From Octopus sinensis (lineage: Eukaryota), in the NCBI RefSeq assembly GCF_006345805.1, contig NW_021825470.1, positions 1-15,763 on the forward strand: a DNA stretch of 15,763 nucleotides. The letters run 5' to 3'. Positions 8,987 through 15,763 of the stretch are shown piece after piece (the first letter of the stretch is position 1; each line of letters opens with the position of its first letter). The notes under the pieces were generated by a model. That model was given only the letters and a program-made list of their open reading frames with translations, was not told the DNA's origin and made no database searches. Made by a program: the position numbers and the translations under genes.

Positions 8987-9382
8987 TATATATATAATAC
9001 ATATATATATTCATGTATATATACATGTAAATGTAAGTATGTACATATCTGTATTATATATGCATATATTTTATTTATTTATTATATTGTTATTATATAT
9101 ATCAATAATAATAAAGGGTAAAACTAATTAATCAATAAATAATTAATAATTTTACCAAGTAGTTCGGTATGTTAAAAGAACCATCATTGTAGTGGAATAC
9201 TATTGAACTGTCATTTCTAAATTTCAATATGTGGTAAAGCAAATTTTGCTAAACCCTAATTATAATTATGCTCATAACTATAGAATTGTTTTTGTATATA
9301 TATATACATACATACATATATATATATATATTAATATACATACATACATACATACATACAAACATATACACACAGACACAAG

Positions 9383-9461
<79 letters not shown>

Positions 9462-9474
9462 GCATATATATGAG

Positions 9475-9676
9475 TCGCCATGATTGATCGTTAACCACTA
9501 CACACATTTTTTTCTCTGCTTGTTTCTCTCCTTGTTTTTTTCTGTGTCCCTTTCTGTAGAAGAGCATACGCTCGAAACGTAAAAGACTTTTTCTATTCCT
9601 GAGCGTTATACTAATACATCTGTTTGTTTTGTACACCACCTGTCTCCGGCTTTTGTTCTTCTCGTAAACTCTCCCT
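9475..9676 (+). mobile_element. Repeat fragment with a minimal hammerhead-like motif (probable PLE 3' end) between TA/CA microsatellites
   Basis: CTTT(9550-53) CTGTAGA A GAGC-atac-GCTC GAAAC GT A AAAG(9582-85). Stems I and II and the palindromic stem III are intact. The core is non-canonical. Confidence 0.55.
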
Positions 9677-9762
9677 ATATATATAATATATAATATATAT
9701 ATATTTTTTATATATATATATATATATATTATATATATTATATATATATTATATATATATAT

Positions 9763-9810
<48 letters not shown>

Positions 9811-9870
9811 ATATATACATTTAAAATAGGATACATCTTTATGAGAATAGTAATATCTATATATATAATA

Positions 9871-9910
<40 letters not shown>

Positions 9911-9978
9911 TAGAGAGAGGAGAGAGCTAGAGAGAGAGAGAGAGAGAGACTAAGAGACAGATAGACCGAAAGAGAGAC

Positions 9979-10135
9979 AGAAAGTTGTACATTATAAGTG
10001 TAGGCAGTTAGACTGTTCGGTTAAAAGACACAAGAAAAATTTACAAAAACAGTTTCAGCAACATCGAAATAATATAACAACAATTACTGCGTAATGTCAA
10101 AAATAAAAGCAAAGTTGATTGGACATTACTGCTTC
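9979..10135 (+). repeat. Interspersed repeat, homologous to 12618-12750 on the opposite strand
   Basis: AGAAAGTTGTA..ATTATAAGT..AGG.AGTTAGA..GTTCGGT.AAAAG.CACA..AAATAATATAAC.ACAATTA is shared, at roughly 75-80% identity by eye. Confidence 0.7.
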
Positions 10136-10189
10136 CGGGTCCGTAGCGTATAAGTAACCGAGAGCTTAACATTCCGATTCTGAAGGGAC

Positions 10190-10343
10190 CTGTGTTTTGC
10201 TGGGTTACGTATTTACAGCTGAGTGGTTTAGAGGAATGTGTAATGAAGTGTTTCGTTCATTAAAACAACGCAGTACCCGGCGCGGGAATCGAAACAAAGA
10301 ACTTACAATCGTAAGTACAGCGCCATAACCACTAGGCCACGCG
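10190..10343 (-). mobile_element. tRNA-derived SINE head (same family as 10596-10946)
   Basis: Minus-strand A box TGGCCTAGTGG (10329-39), B-box-like GTTTCGATTCC (10285-95), and downstream CCACTCAGCTGTAAAT. Confidence 0.7.
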
Positions 10344-10371
10344 TTTTCAGCAATACATAGTATACACATTT

Positions 10372-10566
10372 ATAATCCTTTCTGTTATTCGCACAAGGCT
10401 TCAATGTTTGCTAGGGAGAGGGTTAGTCGATGACATTTACCTCAGTGCTCAACGAGTACTTAGGCAAACACAACCTCGGGGCATTTTGAACTGAGAGCGT
10501 AAAGATGGAAAAAATGCCTCTAATCGTTTTATCCGGCATGCAAACGATTCTGCCAGCTCACCGCCT
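10372..10566 (-). mobile_element. Degenerate SINE copy (head like 11446-11779; tail like 2905-2978)
   Basis: ACGATTCTGCCAGCTCACCGCC and TTGAACTGAGAGCGTAAAG match the younger copy. The tail is GCACAAGGC...GTCGATGACAT...CAGTGCTCAAC. Confidence 0.7.
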
Positions 10567-10595
10567 TATACACCCTTATAATGCATATTATCCTT

Positions 10596-10946
10596 GGTGC
10601 ATGGCTCAGTGGTTAGATCGTCGGGCTCGCAATCATGAAGTAGTGAGTTCGATCCACGATCGGGCTCGCAATCATGAAGTAGTGAGTTCGATCCACGATC
10701 GGGCTCTGTGTTTTGTTCTTGAACAAAACGATTTATTTCACGTTACTCCAGTTCACTCAACGGTAGAAACGAGTTGCGACGTCACAGGTGCCAAGCTGTA
10801 TCAGCTGTTGCCTTTCCCTTGGATAACATCCATGGCGACTGCTGGTCTTCCATAAACAACCTTGCCTGGACTTGTGCCTCGGAGAGTAACTTTCTAAGTG
10901 CAATCCCATGGTCATTCATGACCGAAGTGGGTCTTTATTTCTCCAA
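10596..10946 (+). mobile_element. Near full-length tRNA-derived SINE with an internal 39-bp tandem duplication
   Basis: A box TGGCTCAGTGG (10602-12). The B-box-like AGTTCGATCC occurs twice. The unit TCGGGCTCGCAATCATGAAGTAGTGAGTTCGATCCACGA lies at 10621-59 and 10660-98. Confidence 0.8.
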
Positions 10947-11071
10947 CACATTTAACTCTTTTTACTATAGGTACAACGCCTGAATTTTTGTGAAGAGGGG
11001 TTTTGTCAATTACACACACACACCACATATATAATATATATATATGTATATACATACATATATATATATAT

Positions 11072-11110
<39 letters not shown>

Positions 11111-11154
11111 TATAATTATATTATATATATATATATATATTATATATATATGCA

Positions 11155-11297
11155 CAAGTGGTCCTTATTTTATCGAACTCGGAGTATGTAAAGCAAATTC
11201 TACCTGGACGGAATTCGAACTCAGAACGCAAAGTACCAGAAGAAATGTCGCTAGGCATTTTGCTTGGCATGATAACGATTCTGTCAGATAGCCACTT
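11155..11297 (-). mobile_element. Older SINE copy (same family as 11446-11779)
   Basis: GGAATTCGAACTCAGAACGCAAAG...GCTAGGCATTTTG...AACGATTCTGTCAG. Confidence 0.7.
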
Positions 11298-11445
11298 CAT
11301 CCCAATACAATTAACTCTTTCGCTTATAGGCGCAACGCTCGATAACCGATCATATCGCCTTCAGTAATAAACCGATAGATAGTTTATCGAGCCACAAAGA
11401 ATGAACTACAACGTTGACTTCGACGGAATTTAGACTCAGAACATA

Positions 11446-11779
11446 GCTACCTGTTTCTTTACTACTCACAAGGGGCTAAACAGAGAGAGGAAAAACAAGG
11501 ACAGACAAACGGATTAAGTCGATTATATCGACTCCAGTGCGTAACTGGTACTTATATATATTTCTTTATTGCCCACAAGGCGCTAAACATAGAGAGGACA
11601 GACAAAAGGATTAAGTCGATTATATCGACTCCAGTGCGTAGCTGGTACTTATTTAATCGACCCCGAAAGGATGAAAGGCAAAGCCGACCTCGGCAGAAAT
11701 TGAACTCAGAACGTAAAGACAAACGAAATACCGCTAGGCATTTCGCCCGGCGTCCTAACGACTCTGCCAGCTCGCCACC
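11446..11779 (-). mobile_element. Young tRNA-derived SINE with a duplicated 3' tail, inserted into an older copy of the same family (11380-11445 + 11791-11850); 11-bp TSD
   Basis: TSD CTCAGAACATA at 11435-45 and 11780-90. The tail segment GGATTAAGTCGATTATATCGACTCCAGTGCGTA occurs at 11511 and 11608. Confidence 0.85.
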
Positions 11780-12617
11780 CTCAGAACATAAGTACCACTA
11801 AGCATTTTAATTTTATCGGGCGTACAAACGATTCCGTCTGCTCACCATCTTGACATCCCTAAAACATTTAATGCAAGAAATACTTGTTTATTATACACAC
11901 GCATTTTCAAGGCTTTAACTGCGACTTCTCAAAAGCGTTAATTCAAATCGTATAAATCAAAAACAAAATTTAATCTTCGACTCATTTTACTACAAACTTT
12001 AATCCTTATATCTTAACCCTTTTTATTTAGTGTTCTGCTTTGTGTCTCTTTTATTTTCGTTTGCTCCTTTATTTTTCTTTCTTTTGTTTATTTGATACAA
12101 TTTAATTTTCATCTTCATTTAATTTCCATATTAGTCCGCCCCCTTTTCCCCGCCAAAGATTCTTTATATTTTTCCTGGTTTTTCAGATGTGTTTTCTACA
12201 ATCTCTAAAAACATACGTAATTTTCTGGAAAGGAATTTCCGTTTGGTTGCTTTTTGTCATTCATTTAATTTTTTAAAACAAGGAAATAAACACAATATAT
12301 ATATATATATATATTCATGATTTAATTTAATAAACGCTAGAAACAGGAAAAGGAGGAACTCATGAAAATAATATATAATGTAAGAAAAAACAATTAACTT
12401 AATGAGCTGTTTAATTTTGAAGACAGGAGGACGGGAAATAAATCACATCATTCGCTTAATCCTAATTTTCTTTCAATTTTGATTCATTTCAGTTGGAGAG
12501 AGTGAGTAGCCGTTCGCAGGAGGGGATAGAGGAGTCGTGATAGAGGCGCAGTTAGGTAGATGAGCTTGGTAGTGGTGTGGGATGTGGGGTAGTTAGGTAA
12601 TGAACCAAGAGGATGCA

Positions 12618-12750
12618 GAAGTAGTAATGTGGTGAAGCTAATTGTCGTTATATTATTTAGATATTGCTGAATAAGTTTTTTTACATATTTTTCCCTGTGC
12701 CTTTTTACCGAACTCTCTAACTCCCTGGACTTATAATTATACAACTTTCT
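12618..12750 (-). repeat. Inverted homolog of 9979-10135
   Basis: See 9979-10135. Both copies abut (GA)n/(GACA)n and then (TA)n on the outer side. Confidence 0.7.
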
Positions 12751-12764
12751 CACGTGCCTTTAAT

Positions 12765-12811
12765 CTCTCTTTCTCTGTCTGTCTGTCTTTCTCTCTCTTT
12801 CTCTCTTTCTT

Positions 12812-12860
<49 letters not shown>

Positions 12861-13037
12861 TCTCTCTCTCTCTCTCTGTATATATATATATATATATATG
12901 TATATAGATATTAGATAGATAGATAGATAGAGATAGATAGATAAATAGATAGATGGGTAGGTAGATAAATAGATAGATAGACAGACAGTCAGATCTTTCT
13001 ATATACCTAACTATCTGTTTGTCTATATATCTATATC

Positions 13038-13068
<31 letters not shown>

Positions 13069-13587
13069 ATAATATAATATATATATATATATATATATAA
13101 TATGTATATATATATTATAAACCTATATACATATGTATATATATATATATTACACCACACATATATTTATAAATATATATATATATATATATACACACAC
13201 AACATTCTATCTATCTATTTTTCGATTGCTCAGTATGTGTTTGTACTAATCTGTCTACTTATTTATTTAATATATATACCATAAACACAAAATATATATC
13301 TAACTACCTTTCTATTTAACTATCTATCCATTCGTATATCGAGATGCTTATCTATGTCCTTATCTGCTATCTATTTATTTACATCTTTCTCTCTCTCGCT
13401 CTCCCTCTCTTTCAATCCCTAGATAGACAGATAGATAGATAGATAATGGATATATATATATATATATATATCTTATATATAGAGATATATATATCGAACT
13501 ATCTATCCATCTACCGATCAACATAACTATCTGTCACTCTAATCCAACTATATATATATAAATATATATATATACCACATACATCAT

Positions 13588-13637
<50 letters not shown>

Positions 13638-13870
13638 ATATATATATATATATAATATATTTATGATATATAATATAAAATCTGTGTATGTATATTATAT
13701 ACCATACATATATATACCTTCATATATGTATATATACAAATATATATTCATACGTATATAGTATATATATATATATATATGTGTTGTGTGTGTGTGTGAG
13801 TGTATGTGTGTCTGTATATTTATACACATACACCAACATGCATACACACACACACACAGAGACACACACA
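12765..13870. repeat. Composite microsatellite block (CT)n, (GTCT)n, (TA)n, (GATA)n, (CA)n
   Basis: Directly visible. Similar blocks occur at 1-70, 4041-4138, 6050-7520, 8950-9470, 9677-9977, 11020-11150, 14100-14530 and 15520-15700. Confidence 0.95.
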
Positions 13871-14236
13871 CACACGCCGACACACTACGTAACATCAGGC
13901 TATAAAAGCTATCTAAACGAAACACTTAATTCCCAATGAAGTTAATGGCTGTTCCAATAAGAAAATCATTAAGTAATAGTAATTTAACTAAGTGACTAGA
14001 TTTGTCAACTACACCTGTTTCTCAGCTGGTTTTGTTGTCTACCTATTAATCATGGGGAGACGTGAGTGGATGTTTCTGTGTGTGTAATTCTGCGTTTGTC
14101 TGTGTGTAAGCTTATATGTATATATGCATATATACGTGTGTATGTATGTATGTGTGTGGTATATGTATGTATTATATATATATATGTATGTAATATATAT
14201 ATGTATGTATATATATATAATATATATATATATATC

Positions 14237-14282
<46 letters not shown>

Positions 14283-14446
14283 ACCTATATCAGTATTGTG
14301 AGTGTGTGTGGGTGTGCGTAAGCATACTTACAGATAGACAGACTGACACATAGATAGATAGATTGATGATAGATAGAGAGAGAGAGAGAGGAGAGACAGA
14401 CAGACAAGACACACACAGCCACGCATACACCACATACACATATGTA

Positions 14447-14504
<58 letters not shown>

Positions 14505-14879
14505 ATGTGTGCTTATATATTTATACATGTTTGTATATATTTCTACCGTGTGTGGTACGTGTGTAGGTGTAGGTGAAATGTCTATGTGTATAGTCGGGCC
14601 CAAAATGTACTTCGGTTTGGATAATTCTTCTGTTCCTCCTTATCTCTTTACGTATATACAAGTGGTATAAAATGTTATATGTGCGAATACGCACATATAC
14701 ACGTGTGTGTATATGAAAAAAACAGACAAAATGTCAGTCAGAGAGATATTTAGATACTCAAACAGAACAATGGTCCAGATCGCAGCCATCATTGTCTTCC
14801 ATGTATGTGACAGAGACGGTTCAATAGCACAACGTGTAATTCAGTTTCCTGAGATTTTTAATATTATCTCACACAACTC

Positions 14880-15470
14880 AAACACAGATATATTGTACCT
14901 GGTACGATATTACTGAACCGGTCCTTCGCTCCTTAGTGGGATTTGGGGTAAATTGCCCCGCCTATCTATGACTGTCATATGTTATAAAACCCGACGCTTT
15001 CAGGAGGTTATCTCCACTGCGCTACCTCGCAGCCTGCCGTTAAACAATCTCCTTCGTTTATACTACAGTTTGACGTGATTTTGAATATTTTCGTACAGAA
15101 GTCAAACATAGATGTCTTATATCTGTCTTGATATTGTTGGACCTGTCCATTCCACCTGAGTGGAATTGGGAACGAGTTGTCTCGCTTGTCTCTGAATTTA
15201 AAGTCTTTTAACACCCGATGCCTTGGGGGGAGTCATCGTCACCACGCCACTCGCAGCTTGCCGGCAAAAAAGCAGTTGTCGTGCCTTGAGTACATGTAGA
15301 CGATAATATTTAGAACACTATCGCTGTTTCTGATTAATACTTGAATTTAATTTTAGGAAAACATTGTCGGACATACTAGCAAATGCTTTCTTTCACTATT
15401 TCTATGTAGCCATGGACTACCGACTCAGTTCGCCTTCAATTCGGTTCAAGTACGTGATGTTGATCAACCA
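14880..15470 (+). pseudogene. Heavily decayed Ty3/Gypsy LTR-retrotransposon integrase remnant
   Basis: Motifs occur in the expected order across frameshifts and stops: LY/DITEPVLRSLV (14906-38; cf. LYCD.STG.PRP.VP), HCATSQ (zinc-finger C..C remnant), SYICLDIVGP (15115-44; cf. H.DIVGP), LANAF (15376-90), GLPTQ (15414-28; cf. FG.P..ITTD). Recognised by eye only. Confidence 0.5.
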
Positions 15471-15763
15471 CAAAAATGTCGAAACATCGATGCGCATCGC
15501 ACCTGAATGGAAGATCATCTAAGTGTGTGTGTGATGTGTGTTTGTGTGTAAGAGAGAGAGAGAGAGAGAGAGAGTGTGTGTGTGTGTGTGTGTATGTCTG
15601 TGCGTTTGTGCGTGTATGTATGTACAAATATGTATACAAACAGACACACAACCATATAAATATATATATATATATATAATATATAACTATATATATATAT
15701 ATTATCTGTAAATAATATGCGACAATTATTCATAGCCAAGATAAAACTTTATTCAATAGCCAA

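Noticed and set aside
9990-10050. Peptide YKCRQLDCSVKRHKKNL, faintly resembling the GIY-YIG motif R.L..R..EH
   Set aside because: The key Arg and Glu and the YIG motif are absent, so the resemblance is compatible with chance.
10596-10700. tRNA gene (also 4610-4690 and 10280-10343)
   Set aside because: A and B boxes are present, but there is no complete cloverleaf and they continue into SINE bodies.
1-15763. Listed ORFs rich in YI/CV/HT/SL or poly-V/G/D/S/P
   Set aside because: They are translations of di- and trinucleotide microsatellites, open in several frames and on both strands, with no recognisable domains.

Overview
Microsatellite-dense, non-coding animal DNA with no supportable protein-coding gene. 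It is most consistent with a coleoid cephalopod such as Octopus, an inference from tRNA-derived SINE families I recognise from memory and the extreme (TA)n/(GT)n/(GA)n load. The most notable feature is a retrozyme-like locus at ~1017-1958. It has two tandem ~365-bp monomers plus an inverted partial copy, and each carries a type I hammerhead ribozyme (HHR) fold. The best-preserved copy (1776-1833, +) has a variant CCGAUGA core, a GUC cleavage site and an extended stem I. The window also holds a 5'-truncated Penelope-like element (PLE) with an inverted terminal repeat and a degenerate HHR (3175-4037), and three more minimal or degenerate HHR-like motifs. Other content: several SINEs (one nested, with an 11-bp target-site duplication, TSD), local duplications and a heavily decayed Ty3/Gypsy integrase remnant. 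Almost all listed ORFs are artefacts of simple repeats or non-coding repeats. All folds and alignments were done by eye.
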